Assembly: GCA_013265495.1 (NCBI GenBank)
Contig: MU058037.1
Location: forward strand, 683,498 to 747,497
Direction of reading: 5' to 3'
Source: Vicugna vicugna
Taxonomy: Eukaryota
Length of the DNA: 64,000 nt
Shown: positions 1 through 12,659 of the stretch, one piece after another
How the letters are laid out: the number at the start of each line of letters is the position of its first letter
Numbering within the stretch: the first letter of the stretch is position 1
Position numbers and translations under genes: made by a program
Notes under the pieces: model-generated
What the model saw: the letters and a program-made list of their open reading frames with translations, nothing else
Databases searched by the model: none
Told to the model about the DNA's origin: nothing

Positions 1-79
1 AGAGAACTGAAGCTTCATCTACCATGTAAAAAAAATCAGTAGATGAAGTCTAAATTTCATCTATTGAATAATACATTTC

Positions 80-620
80 AGTATTCATGAATTAATTTAA
101 CAGAGATTTATTAAGTACCTATTATATACTTGGCACTCTTCCAGGCACCAGGGCTACCAGTGAATGACACAGACAAAAATCCCTACCCTCATGAAACTTA
201 ACACAACACGGGTATAGTAAAGAGGTTAATCAAGAGAAATAAATAAAATACAGCATGTATTAGGCAGTGATAAGTGCAGGAAATAAATATATGAAGCATT
301 GCTTTAGTAAGTGCTGGTTGCAAATTTAGCTAGAAAAGAAAGTCTTCATTTAAATAGTGAATTTTAAGGGAAGACCTCAAGGAAGTAAGGTAGTGAGTCC
401 TGCATGTAGTACTGGGGAGAGCAATCATTCCAGGCACAGGGACAGTTAGTGCACAGGTTCTTAGGTGAGAGCGCCTTGTGTGTTCAGGAAATCAGCTGTC
501 CTGGTATGTTTGATGAACCCTGTGCCTCCTGTGTTTGAGGTACTGCAGGGAAGCCACTTTACTGCAGAAGAATGAATAAAGGGGAGAAATAGGTATTGAG
601 GTCAGAGAATTAAAGAGCTT
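80..620 (-). mobile_element. L2 LINE 3' fragment
   Basis: Begins with a reverse L2 tail (attcatgaattaatttaacagagatttattaagtacctattatatacttggcac...agacaaaaatccctaccctcatgaaactta), followed by purine-rich L2 body. Confidence 0.8.
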
Positions 621-1139
621 TGTGTGATGTAGAAATATTAAGGTAAATACCAAAAGAAACCACCGCTAGGAGTTGAATGTGGTTGGATCTAGGGAACAAA
701 ATAGATGGGACAGGGAGAGTTTTGTTGTTATAATCCTTCCAGCCCTAGAATTATGTGCTTAAATGTCTTTGATTAAAAATAGAAGTGATTTGTCATCACA
801 AAGTGTATTGAATTATGTGCAGACCACAGTGTAGCAAAAAATGTGCTATAGGAGTTTAAGCTACAAATGATCTCCAGTCCTGGGGCTTGTGGGAATTCTT
901 CTCAGATCATATAGAACTTTCACTTGGCCTTGAAGTGTGGCTGTCATCTGGTTAGATAGAAAGGAAATTAAGAACGTCGCCATGGGACTCCAAAGGACCT
1001 ACAACATCATGTAGCCCAGCTTCATCAGCTACCTGGCTGTGAAGACAGAGAGATTTTGAAGGGAATAAAAGAGCCTGCAAGATCTCCCAGCCGGCGATAG
1101 CAATCTCTGTCCACAGCTGGGACAGCATTCTCTATCCTC

Positions 1140-2590
1140 TCTTCCTTCCCAATAAAATCCTCTATCACATTGTCCACAAAGGCTTGTTTCAAACCTTCTC
1201 TACTCTTCTCAGATTTTTAACCTCATCACCTGCTCCTCTCATCCTCTGCAGCTGATCTAGTCCCTTACTTCACAGAAAACGTAGACATCAGGCAGGAATT
1301 ACCTTATCTTCTGGCCATTGAGCCTTTGTTTCCTCTAGTCTTTTCCTCCTTCTAGCCTTTTGCAATGTAAGATGTGTCTGTCCCACATGGTTAAGAGTTC
1401 TGATACCCTCCTTCCCTGTGAGGCTTCTAGGAAATTACTTCAGTGGCTGCTCTTCCTCAATTTTCTTTATGGACCACTCTTCTTTAGTATATGTCTAATT
1501 GTTGATCTTTTCAGGGCTATACCTGGGCCTCTTCTTTTGTTCTCTTCATATTTCCCATGGGCAAGTTCTCCCCTAAACACACTTTTATCATTTCATGCTG
1601 ATAACTCTTAAGCCTTTAGCTCCAATTCTTACTACCTTCAGATTTCTGTGAGCCACCAGACATCTGTATTCAGATGATCCACAGGCACATCGAATGAGTC
1701 TCATGAAATTATCATCAACTCTCTTCGAACCTACTTCTCTTCCTTTGCCCCCTATTCCAGTGAATGACACTACTGTCTATCTGATGGCCTAAGTCAGAAA
1801 CGTGGAAATCTGAGATTTTTGTCCTAACTCTTCCATCCAACCAGCAAGCTCAGTCTGTTCCACTTCCCAAACACCTCTTACTGCCACCACCACTCCCATT
1901 GCCATTAAACTACCTCAGACTTCATCTCATCTCACCTGGACCACAGTTGCCACCTCCTAACTGATTTCTCAACCTTGTTTTTTGACCTTCTCTTTATGGG
2001 TCAGGATGAGGTTAGGGAAACAGAAGTTGCTCTCCTCATGCCAGGTATAAAGGGTTTAATGTAGGAAATGGTGCTCCATGACCTTTGGGAGAAGTGGGAG
2101 AGCAAAGGATAAGAAAGCTCATATTAAAGATCAGGGAAGCTGATACCTGAAGACAGCCTGAAGGACGCAAGCTCGCCAGGAAGATATGCTGTGAATGTCA
2201 CATTTTCCCGTGGGTCTTACTGCAACTCCTCTAAGAAAATAATGGCTTTACTTTCTTTTCTGCCTTCAAAATCTTGCATGACTGCCTCTCATTAACAAAG
2301 TGTAATGTAAAACAGTAAGTAGAAGAGTACTCTGGGAAATGTTGTCATGGAGAAGAGAATTTAGAAGAGGTTGCGGTGATACCGAATTGTCAAGAGGTAA
2401 TCCATCTTACCCTTCAATTCTATTCTCTAAAGTGCAGTCAGATCTTCCTATGAAAATAGGTGATCATATCACTCTTGCTTAAAACGCCTCAACAGTTTCT
2501 CATTCCTCTTAGGATAAAGAAAAAAATGCCTCAATATTGTTCATAAGACCCTTATTTGATCTTGCCCCAGCTTATTTCTCTAACTCATTT
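1140..2590 (+). mobile_element. L2 LINE fragment, interrupted by an LTR at ~1995-2405
   Basis: Pyrimidine-rich L2-like motifs: gtgaatgacactactgtctatc..gtcagaaac, ctcatctcacctggacc..cctcctaactg, tgatcatatcactcttgcttaaaac. Confidence 0.7.
1995..2405 (-). mobile_element. Ancient ERV-type solo LTR (LTR78/79-like group; family uncertain)
   Basis: Interrupts the L2; both ends are similar in reverse complement to the element at 55338-55785. Confidence 0.5.
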
Positions 2591-3634
2591 CTGTATCTTA
2601 GCTGCCTTTAAAGCCTCACAATTTAGTTTTGAATGAACTTTTGAGTGGGAAACCCCAAGTGAAAAAAGTTATTGTTGCTGTGTAGAAGAGATCAAGTTTG
2701 GCCAGAGAGGGACAATGTTTTGAATAACATTTAAAACTAAACAAAGAAATTTGGATTTGACGTGGGAAGAAATAGATTCTTGAGTAGAGATGACTTTAGT
2801 GGGGAAAAAAAAACCTTAAGAAATTTGGTCTTGGGATACTACAAAGTAAGGGTAGGAGTTAAGAGACATGCGTAACTAGGACTTAAATACAATTATAATG
2901 ATGCAAAGTATGAGAAGGGAAAGACAGTGGTGGTAACCAAGGGAATGGAGGGCACATGAGAAATCTCCTCATAAACCTTTTGATGGCAGAATTAATTGGC
3001 CTTGGTAGGAGAATATATGAAGAGGAGGGAATAGGTAAGTTTTTAACATGAAAGGATGCTAATATGACTGATTTTGATAAGTCTGAACTGGGGAGGAAAA
3101 ATGATAGATACATTAGATTTGAGGGGTTGCTGGAAACAGATCCAATTATTCAGCTAAATAATGCCCGAAAGTTAGCAGCTAATTATGCTAAAAGTATCCA
3201 GTTGGTCTGAATTATCTGTATAGTTGTGCCACTTCACATCTTCACTTTGCCCACTTTCAAACAGCCTCAGAACTGAAAATGCCTTATTTTACTCATTGCT
3301 AATTCCAAAGCCTCTTGTTAAGCAGAAAACATTCCCCAGGGCAGTGGAGTTTAAGTTCAGTGCTTTCTCTCTTCTTTTATGGAATGTGCATTTTTTACTA
3401 TCTGTACTGTCAAAAGCTAAAGAGAAAGTCACCTGGTTTTGTGTGACAGGACTTACTTTTTTGAACTCTCTTTGCCATTGTTCAGAGAGATTCCACAGTA
3501 TCATTTTAAATAGAATCAACAGTTCAAGCTTTGAAAACGTGCAAATTAGGAAAATAGGATTCCTAATTGACAGAGATGTTACCTATTTTTTAAAAGTTAG
3601 TAAGCACTAATTAAATTGACAGCAACACTAGGAA

Positions 3635-3942
3635 GAGATACAAATGAATCTATATACAAAACAGAAAGAGACTAACAAATACAGAAAAAAAAGTTATAGT
3701 TACCAAAGGGAAGAGGGAGAGGGAGAGAGACAAATTACAAATATGGGATTAACAGATGCAAACTACTATTCATGAAATAGAGAAACAATGAGGATTTACT
3801 GTACAGCACAGGGAATTATATTCAATATCTTATAATAAACTATAATGGAATATAATCTGGAAAAAATTTAACTGAATCACTACGGTATATACCTGAAACT
3901 AACACAATATTATTAATGAACCAAACTTCAATTAAAAAAAAA
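3635..3942 (+). mobile_element. 5'-truncated L1 3' UTR, artiodactyl-type
   Basis: gatacaaatgaatctatatacaaaacagaaagagac...gttaccaaaggg...tgtacagcacagggaattatattcaatatc...ctgaatcact...cctgaaactaacacaat...cttcaatt plus A-tail. Confidence 0.9.
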
Positions 3943-5269
3943 GAAGGGGTGTTCCAAAGGGATGAGGTTCTCAATAATGTTTATTTATGAGATTGGATTA
4001 GTTTTGTATAAAAAATGGAACCATCCTTTGCACTGTCTACTTCGGGATTCTGCATCATCATTTAGCACTTTAAAGGGACATATATTATTTTCTTGGCCAA
4101 ATCATCCCCAGTGTCCTACACACCACAAGAAGGGAGGGAGTACTAGTATCTTGCTCCCCTGAGAGAATAAGCATCTGCCTGAACTGGGAAAGTCAGAGAA
4201 GGGAAAGAGGAGGAGGAGTCAGTTCTCGCTCGCTCACAAATTACTTCTGCATGGCTTCTTGGATTCATCAAAAGGAGGTAAAGCCAGGATGTCCTCGGGC
4301 CACCAGCGACTCATGAACAGGGCTTCTTCAACCTATGCAACAGTCTTCACTCTGCATGGCTTGAGGAGGGACCAAAGGAGATGCCTTTTTTTCCACAGTG
4401 GTTATATCTTAGTTTAAGTCAAATGTTTGTTCTAACGTTGAGAGTCAGCTTAGGAACAAGGGATTCAAACCCATAAAGATACCTTCTTTCTTCCTAGGTA
4501 ACAAAAAGGCCACTAGTGATTAAAAATCCTCCCCCCCCCAAAATCACTCATATTGCTCATGAGGGAGGGAATAATATTATTCAATTATGGGAGTTAAAAT
4601 GATCGCTGCTTCTGTTATTATTATTTCAGCCCCACTGTTAAGTTGTTTTATGACTCATTTGCATGATTTTTAACCATATTAAGCTTTGGGTTGCCATGTT
4701 GTCTAAACTCTCTGTAGAAAAATGACAAGACTTAGAGCTATGTGATAAATTGAGGAGAAGTATAAATCCACAGGTATGTACTGTTTCTTTCCAGAAAGTA
4801 GGTGATAAATTCCCCTTATAAACAATGGTGGAGTTGGGATTGTTGATGCAGCCTAGGGGCTTGCCAGTCCCAGCAGCAAGCACAGTGACATTGGCAGAAG
4901 TACATATGCGTTTTGATATATATATTATGCATATCCCTGAAATACAGTTGAAGCTCTACCAAATCCCTAAAGCCTATTCTTATATAAGCATAGCATTCTT
5001 TTTAAGCAACAACAAAAAATACTGTCTTTAGTGAATAGAACAACCATAGACTTGTTTGTTGCAACTCAGTTATAAATTCCCGAACAGTGTGACTGACCTA
5101 ATGTCAGTTTGGAAAATAAACGCTGGAAAACATCACGCTAATACCAATGCATGGCCATCGCTCCATGTTTTCAACATAACACTGTTTTGTGAAATTGTTT
5201 ATGTATTTCCTGCGTTCTTCTAAGAGTTTAGTACAGAACCTAACGTGAGGAGTAGGCAGCAGGGATGAG

Positions 5270-5475
5270 GCAGAGTAGAAGGCAGCATGCCAGAGCAGGT
5301 TGTGCCTGGGCTAGCCATTGAAGACCTGGATTCACGTTCTTCTCAGTCACTTCATAGTGTGTGGCACATACTCTCAGGGCCCTGCCTGTGTCTCCTCACT
5401 CTGGCAATTGGGGCCACTTGGCTTTACCCTCTCTACCTCACAGACATGCTGCAAGGTTGACAGGGTTGAGAGTGT
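5270..5475 (+). mobile_element. MIR SINE, degraded
   Basis: agacctggattca...ctcagtcacttcatagtgtgtg...cctgtgtctcctcactctggcaattggg...ctacctcacag, resembling the MIR core. Confidence 0.55.
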
Positions 5476-5479
5476 AAGG

Positions 5480-5868
5480 TACCTATATTGTCTATGTATG
5501 AGTGCCCGTATATAGGCCTGACTTCCGTCTCCCAGCACCCACTCTTCTCTGTTCAAGATCATTCTTCTTTGCTGGAGCTCACCTCACTGCCAGTGAAGCA
5601 GGCTGAAAGTGCTGAGTGAGGTATTATTGCCTCTCAGAAGCAACCCTCAAACAATGAGCATGGAAAAACTCTTAACTCCCTCACTGTAACTGGGATAACT
5701 CTGAGATACATGGTCTACACTGGCTCCCAAAGTTTCCCCAACAGAATTAAGCTCCAGTCTCCCACAGTGGCAGTTGCCTTGATCATGCACCTTGCATTGG
5801 CTTCTCCCTCCTCCATGTCTCATTTCCCTTCTTTCTCCTTTCCTTCTGGGGGAACCCAAAATCACACA
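5480..5868 (+). mobile_element. LTR16-like ERVL solo LTR
   Basis: gggataactctgaga..tctacactggctcccaaagtttccccaacagaattaagctccagtctcccacagtggc...ttctgggggaacccaaaatcacaca matches the recalled LTR16 3' half. Confidence 0.75.
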
Positions 5869-7139
5869 TAGTTATTGGCCTGAGGAAGGTCAGCCAACTA
5901 CTCAGTATCTCATGTAATAAATAACAGAATTTGACCAAGCTTCCTGCCAATTATAAAATTCTATTATTTGAATTTTTCCCCCTTCTTCTCATCTGAGATT
6001 GGAGAGGTATCTGAAATTTATAATTAGCACTAGTGGCTGATTTGTAGTTTTCTTAACACCTTTCCAAACTATAAAAACTTAGACAATGAAATGCTCAAAA
6101 TCAGTAGCCATAGGAAGTCACATACTACGTTCTTTCTCGGCGTATAGTTCCAGGTTTCAGTTCCTGCATTGTGTGATAGCAAAGTTAGACCTTAATAAAA
6201 ACAATGCATTATTCCAGATATACTTTGAAAGTCCTTAAAAAGTGGTTTTCAGAAACAGGACAAATATATATCCTATATGGCTATTCATATATAGATAGTA
6301 TGTGTGCCTAACATTCTCATCCTTTAATTAATATCATCCCTGCATCATGCTGAGGAGGTAGAGGAAGCAAAACCGAGTAGCACTGATTGCCAGATGAGAG
6401 AACCGAAGCTTAAAAATGTTAAGTGACCACTCAGGGACTCAAGCCTTTCGTGTCTGGGATCTGTGCATTTTCTGCCAGGTTCAGTTCTTCCTGTTACCAG
6501 CAGTTCTAGTATATATTAAAATTGTATTCCCTTTGGTGCATTATCTTTTCAAGATTCCTGTTTTCTGGACTATGGTAATAAGAACATTAAAAATCTATTT
6601 TGTGGCAAACGTCACATCCCACTTGGGAGGTGTGCTGGACCATGACAGATTCCTTTCGCACTTTGCGGGTCATTATATTAAATGTCTTCTCATCTGCATT
6701 ATCTCATAGCATTTCTATTTAAGCATAGTATGCCTAATATTGGACAACATACCCAGAAAAGAATGTAATAAATGGAGAGATTTCAGGCTAGCAAAGAAGA
6801 ATCCTCTCTACCTCCAATACCTCCCCTGCCCACTAGTGGATTTCTGAAATGTTCCACCCCTTCAGTTAACAGTTTCATTCTTGCTAAAATAAAAATACCC
6901 TTGATATATGTCACAATGGAAGCTGTTTGCAGTCATTTTCACTAAGAATGATTTTAAGCCCTTTTCTAAAAACAGATCTGACAGATGAAAGGGAAGCATC
7001 TACAGACTGATCATTGTAAATAGAAAAGAAAAAGGTAGAGGGACAGTGGTAGAGACAGAAGAGAATGTGGAACAGTATTGTGGGACATCTGACTTCACTA
7101 TCTGCCTGAGTCCTTGTCACAGAATCACAGAATACATTC

Positions 7140-7262
7140 ACTGGCCATGTTGTCGTGGGCAAGCCATTGACTTCCTAATCAAAGTTTTCCTATTTATAAA
7201 TGATGGATTAGGACCACATGATCTCCAAGTTCTTTTCAGTTCTAGGATCCTATTATTCATTG
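7140..7262 (+). mobile_element. MIR3-like SINE 3' part
   Basis: tgggcaagccattgacttcc..agttttcctatttataaa..ggaccacatgatctccaagttcttttcagttctaggatcctattattc. Confidence 0.65.
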
Positions 7263-7312
7263 ATTCTATTTATTATATACTCTCATGAACGTGGTATCAA
7301 AGGTGACTGGTA

Positions 7313-7444
7313 GGGGGGAGGGTATAGCTCAAGTGGTAGAACGCATGCTTAGCATACACAAGGTCCTGGTTCAATCCCCGGTACCTCCTCTAAAAAGAAA
7401 GAAGTAAACCTAATTACTTCCCCTGAAAAATTAAAAAAAAATTT
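7313..7444 (+). mobile_element. tRNA-Ala-derived SINE (camelid vic-1-like), copy 1
   Basis: tRNA-like head with A box (tagctcaagtgg) and B box (ggttcaatcc), aaacctaattac 3' motif, A-tail; imperfect TSD aaggtgactggta 7300-7312 / aaggtgaatgata 7445-7457. Confidence 0.92.
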
Positions 7445-7457
7445 AAGGTGAATGATA

Positions 7458-7604
7458 CAAAGGGAACTATATTTGATACCTTGTAATCGCCTATAATGAA
7501 AAAGAATACATATATATATATATAATTATTGAATCACTGTGCTGTGCACCAGAAATTAACAGAACATTGTAAACTGAGTATACGTCACTCAATCAATCAA
7601 ATAA
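7458..7604 (+). mobile_element. Short L1 3' UTR end, lineage L1
   Basis: agggaactatatttgataccttgtaatcgcctataatgaaaaagaa...gaatcactgtgctgtgcaccagaaattaacagaacattgtaaactga; homologous to 57865-58000. Confidence 0.85.
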
Positions 7605-8079
7605 TCAGTGATAAAATACCAGTTGGCTTCTGTTTTCCTGAATATTAGCTAAGAAACCCAAAATGGTAACGAGATATTCATGGCACAGCCCGCATCAGTC
7701 ATTGACTGCAGGCAAGTCTGAGAGGTGTTAATTCCCCGACACTCCTGACAGCCAGAGAAAGCAAAGCCCTCCAGCAAAAATTGCAGGTTAGAAGTTAGGC
7801 CGGCCAACACCGAAGGGGAAAGGTGAGGGGATCTGGATAGGGTAGAAGCAACATCACTGCCTGAAAATCATCTCAGTAAGTCTTTACAACAACCCTTTGA
7901 GGTGATACTATTTCTATCGCTGTTATACAGATGAGAGAGCTGACCGTCAGCGACTGTAAGTGTCTTATAAGGGGCAGAGTTGAGACTGAAATCAAGTGAC
8001 TATGACAAAATAGACCATACTGTTAAACCCTGCACTTCTGTGTGATGTGACAAAACCAGGGGATGTGTCATCTGTCTGG

Positions 8080-8335
8080 CAAGACTTGACCCAAATGCCC
8101 TTACTTCTGTGAAGTACTCCCTGATTAGTCATCATTTTCCCTATGTGTTGCCATAGACCTTTCTTTATAGCTCTACAGGAACAGTTATCCACCTTTCTGT
8201 AATTGTTTTTATTCACCCTTCATACTAAATGAGTTTCTTGGGTCATAGAGAAATCGGTCTCTTCATTTTTGTATCCTCTCCCCCAGCAAAGAGTTGACAC
8301 ATTGAAGACCCTCAGTTAATGCTGATAAAATGCTA
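8080..8335 (+). mobile_element. L2 3' end fragment
   Basis: cttctgtgaagtactccctga...tgagtttcttggg..tcttcatttttgtatcctc...ctcagttaatgctga. Confidence 0.55.
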
Positions 8336-9642
8336 ACGCCTGAGGTTTCTCAGAGGCTTAAATTGGCAGTAATTTAACCATTCAAGGCAGCCAATATTGA
8401 AAGAGTTCCTACTACGTACTGAGCAAGAAATAGACACAGAAGTGAAAGTAGGAAATAAATGTTGCTCTAAGGCACAGTTATATGTGTAAGCTTGCTTATC
8501 TCTTTTCCAAATATTTCTACCCAGTCAACCAGGTTTGATTAAATTTTTATAACTCTTATGGATGTTGAGAAAAAGCGGTCTTTCTTTTTAATCTTATTTT
8601 ACTTGTGTGTGATAAACACGAAGAAACATGTAAATGATGAAATCTGTTTAATTTGTTTTCTACAAGCTAAGGCTGTGTCTGAATACCTAGTTCTAAGATT
8701 CTGCATTTTGTAAAACTATTTATTTCTGATGTCAAAATTGACATCTTTCAAATCCACACTAAAATCTTATTTATAGTTTGCTGCCGGTGCTTCCTTCAGC
8801 TACCGATATACCTCACTGGGGACAGGCCAGGTGGGCAGTCATTTTCTACATACTTCCACTGCACAAGAAGCAGCAGTTAATTTCCAGGCACATATTGCTT
8901 TAATTTTAGTTAGTCCAGTAATTTTTCAGTACAGTACCAGGGTCCTCCTGCCAGGGTCTATAATTTTATAAAAGTAGAACTCTTGAAAATGCATAGGAGA
9001 GCTTAGTGGGTGTGCCTGAAACACTTTCTTTCTCACTTTGTACTCTACAGAAAGCCTCAGGAGGAAACTTTAGGAGGTGGTTTCATTTGGAGACAGTGGC
9101 CGATTTTGGATGAACTCTGGAGAAAAAGTTAGATTGTCCTTGGAATTGAGTTATCGGAACTGGGAAGGGGTACCATGTTCCTGAGATGATGTTGTGAAGA
9201 GTGTATAGGCCCCGTGTGAAAGCACTTCTCTCCTGCGCGTCCTTTTTTTTTTTTTTTATAAAGACTATTGATTCTCAATTTGAGTTGGGATTAAAAATGA
9301 AAAGAGCGAGCTTATTCCATGCCGGTCAGAACTTCATTTTAAAATATACTAAATACAGATAGGTGTTTGGCGAATAAAGCGAGAAAAGATGAGGTAAGCG
9401 TGCAGTATTCTAATTAGAACATACAATTCACGTTTTATTTATTTCATGATGTATTGTATTTGACATTGAGTGTTCTATAGAGTTTCTTACAATTAACTCC
9501 TTGTTAGCATCCTTTTGTATTTAAAGACATAGACTGGTTAAGGTTAATTTGGAATTTCTATCATAATTTTGACATGCGTGTGCTTACAGATATGTAAGAA
9601 TAATTTGCTAAATTTTTATCTTTAAAAAAAATCTATTCTTTA

Positions 9643-9775
9643 GTGGGGAGGGTATAGCTCAAGTGGTAGAGTGCATGCTTAGCATACACAAGGTCCTGGG
9701 TTCAGTACCCAGTACCTCCTCTAAAAATAAATAAACAAGTAAACCTAATTACCTCCCCCCCAAAAAAATTAAATT
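9643..9775 (+). mobile_element. tRNA-Ala-derived SINE (vic-1-like), copy 2
   Basis: Full head and tail; perfect 18-bp TSD aaaaaaatctattcttta at 9625-9642 and 9776-9793. Confidence 0.95.
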
Positions 9776-10350
9776 AAAAAAATCTATTCTTTAAAAATCT
9801 AAAATTTTAAAACACCCTATCTCATTAAATTTTCTAGAATTCTTCAATGTGTGTTAAAAACTCTACTCCCTTAGTGCTCTTCCATGTACTGGGTTTTTCT
9901 CTAACATTCCAGTATCCTGCCCAATTTAGACATCTTACACTAACATTGGAAGGCTGTCTATATTTAGTACGTCTTAAAATGTGCAGCAAAATGCAGAGTT
10001 GATACTTGGCCTTAAACCTGTGCTCCATTTTCCATATGGGAACATAGACAGTGAATAACATTAATTCATGTCCTCATCAGTCCTTGGTGCTAATAAGTAC
10101 CTTTTTTTAGAACAATAAGTTTTATTTGATGAAAATGTTCATTAAAAATTAGCTCAGGGCAAATTTATTAATCTAAGCCTTTATACTTGGAAGCAACAAA
10201 CTTTTTAAAAGATTTAATCAATCTTTTAGTAAAAGAGTTTAGATACCTCCTCAGTTCTCTTATATTTAAAGTGGTTGATTTAATTGTATTTGATCTTTCC
10301 CAGTTTCTTGATAAATGTTGAAAAGACTCGTGTTCTGGCTTAGGTTAAAG

Positions 10351-10653
10351 CAGTGTTCCCCAAAGTGCGTTTCACAGAATACTAATTCTACAAGTGTTAA
10401 TTGGTGGTGTTCAGGGGAAGAAAAACTGTTTGCATGGTCAAGTGAATTCTGGAAATGCTCTATTAGACCAAGAACAAAGTTTAACAAGTTTCTTATTGTG
10501 GGACTTCTTAGAACCTTTAATACTATGAATTGTGAATCCCAAGAGGAGAGAGGGATATAATTTTCAGGGCTTTCAAAATGCTTTCACCATGGAAAATACT
10601 GTCAGCTACCTAGCCATAGCAGTGCTCCATGGGACATGGTATGGGGAACACTG
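10351..10653. mobile_element. hAT-Charlie MITE (MER112/MER5C-like)
   Basis: Perfect 12-bp TIR cagtgttcccca/tggggaacactg; 8-bp TSD ggttaaag (10343-50) / ggttaaaa (10654-61). Confidence 0.85.
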
Positions 10654-11184
10654 GGTTAAAACCCCAGCAAGAGTAGGATTATTATTAACAAGAGGAATAT
10701 CTGCATGGTGTTTAAAGTGCCTGTTGTTCAGAGACATTGAAATTTCTGTTGTGTGTGTCACTGATAATATTCTCAACTTGCAATTTTAAATAATTGACTC
10801 TCTGTGGGAGGGAAGGGTGACCTAGCCATGATAAAGCGAGAGAGAGAACACAGAGCAATTACAAAGCATTTTTCCATTCTGATTACTCTTTTTAAAAAAA
10901 ATCTTCTGATGTCTGTGCATTTTGTCTCTGTGAGATAAAAGCTCTGAATTCTGATGAGGTACATCCCAAAGGTATACATTTTTTAATAATATCTTCTGGT
11001 AGGAAATGCCCAATCCAGTTCTTAAGCTTAGTTACCAAAATGGCCATATGTCGTGGTATGCGCAGTACAGTCTAGATTTGCACCTGTTACTTCTGTGCAG
11101 TTGTTAATAACACCTCTGTTTAGTCATAAAATATAGTACCATTTTGAATGATAAATTATATACTCACCGTCCCAGTTACTCATG

Positions 11185-11672
11185 TGTGGCAGATTATTTT
11201 TTCCAAAGTGGTTGCTACAGTATGTCTTATCCACATGCCACTCTCCCATCAAGAGATGGAGTCTAATTTTTCTCCCTTGGAATCTGAAGGCCTGTGATAC
11301 ATTTGTAACCAATAGAATGCAATAGAAAAGACCCTGCCTGGTTTCCCAGCTGAAGACATAAAAAGCCGTTCTGCTGCAACATCACTCACTGGAAACCCTG
11401 CCCTGGAGCCTAGTCCCTGTGTAAGCAGTCTGACTTTCTGGAAGCTGCCATGAGTGAGGAAGCCCAAACTAGCACACGTGGGGCGATCCCATGGAGAAGC
11501 TTCAGCTCTTGTCGTGACTGAACTGCAACTACATGAGAGATCGTGAGCCGGACGTGGCCAGCCACACACTTCCTGGAATCCTGAGCCACAGAAACCACGA
11601 GATAACACAGTTGCTGATTTAAGCCACTGAGTTTTGGGGTGATTTGTGACACAACAAAAGATAAATGGAGCA
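11185..11672 (+). mobile_element. MaLR solo LTR (MLT1H-like)
   Basis: tgtggcagattatttttccaaag...cccatcaagagatggagtcta...accaatagaatg...aggaagcccaaactagc...tttaagccactgagttttggggtgatttgt...ca. Confidence 0.85.
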
Positions 11673-11899
11673 CTGTGGAATTTAGATCAGCCATAATGAC
11701 CTTGGAGTGCTACGGGTCCTCTTACCTTGTTTTGAATTTGAAATTAGGCAGCAGATATTGAATTAACTATCTAAAATTCAAGTATAATATTCAGACTTTA
11801 TATAAATGGTACATCTAAGTACTTCCCATCCAAATATAAATTTTCAAAATAATGCAATTTGGTAAAGAAATGAAATACCAAGTGATTTTTTTGCCTTTT

Positions 11900-12295
11900 T
11901 TTAAGTTCTAATTTTACCTCTTAATTGTTTTCATTAAGTATATATCGAAAATGGTACATAAAACGTATCTGTTTAGCTAAAAGACTGATAACAAAATGAA
12001 TATTAATACACTCATTTGCCACCCAACTACAAAAAATTGAACATAAGTAGAATCTCTGAAGTCCCCCTACCAAGTTTCTCTTCCCGAATTGCCTTCTTTC
12101 CTCTCCCAAAAGTAACTGCTGTGCCAAAATTTGAGTTTTTCATTCATTTATTTCTCTGTGTAGTTTTACAGCTCACATACTATTCGTGAAACAATATATT
12201 ATTTATTTTCCCAGGTTATGAACATGGAAGCATACGGTATTTTTTTTGCCACTGAGTTCTGCTCAGATGTATGTTTTTGGGATGTATTCATGTTA
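11900..12295 (-). mobile_element. Old L1ME-type 3' fragment
   Basis: Degenerate L1ME-like 3' UTR in reverse (ctcccaaaagtaactgct..tttgagtttttcattc..aaacaatatatt..atggaagcatac). Confidence 0.6.
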
Positions 12296-12659
12296 ACGTT
12301 TGAAGCCGTAGTTCTCTCCTTCCCCTTTTATACAACTCTTATTCCAATTAATTAAGTTAATGGAAAACAAAGGCTGCATGCACACTTGCCTCAGAAGTTT
12401 CCACAAAACGAACAAAGGGCAAAAGCCAAAAAAATCTGAAACTGATTTAAAAGCATTGACAATCCATAAGAAAGGAAAAATTAACAAACGTGTTCACCTC
12501 TCAGTTCTGCAGGACTCCGGTCAAAACTCTTTCATCTCTGACACAACTTTCTCTTGTGTCTAGATGAGAAAGCAGCCCAATGTATGCATGATCTTAACCT
12601 AGCAATAACAAAAATTTCTTAACAGACCATCATTCTCTCCTCACTGTGTTCATCATAGC

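Noticed and set aside
975..1130. gccATGg Kozak-like start suggesting a retrogene
   Set aside because: It stops after 10 codons, with no recognisable product, A-tail or TSD.
7313..7390. tRNA-Ala genes, here and at 9645, 18396, 21080-21150 and 33210
   Set aside because: All carry the SINE 3' extension and A-rich tail, most have TSDs, and their stems are mutated, so they are SINEs rather than tRNA genes.
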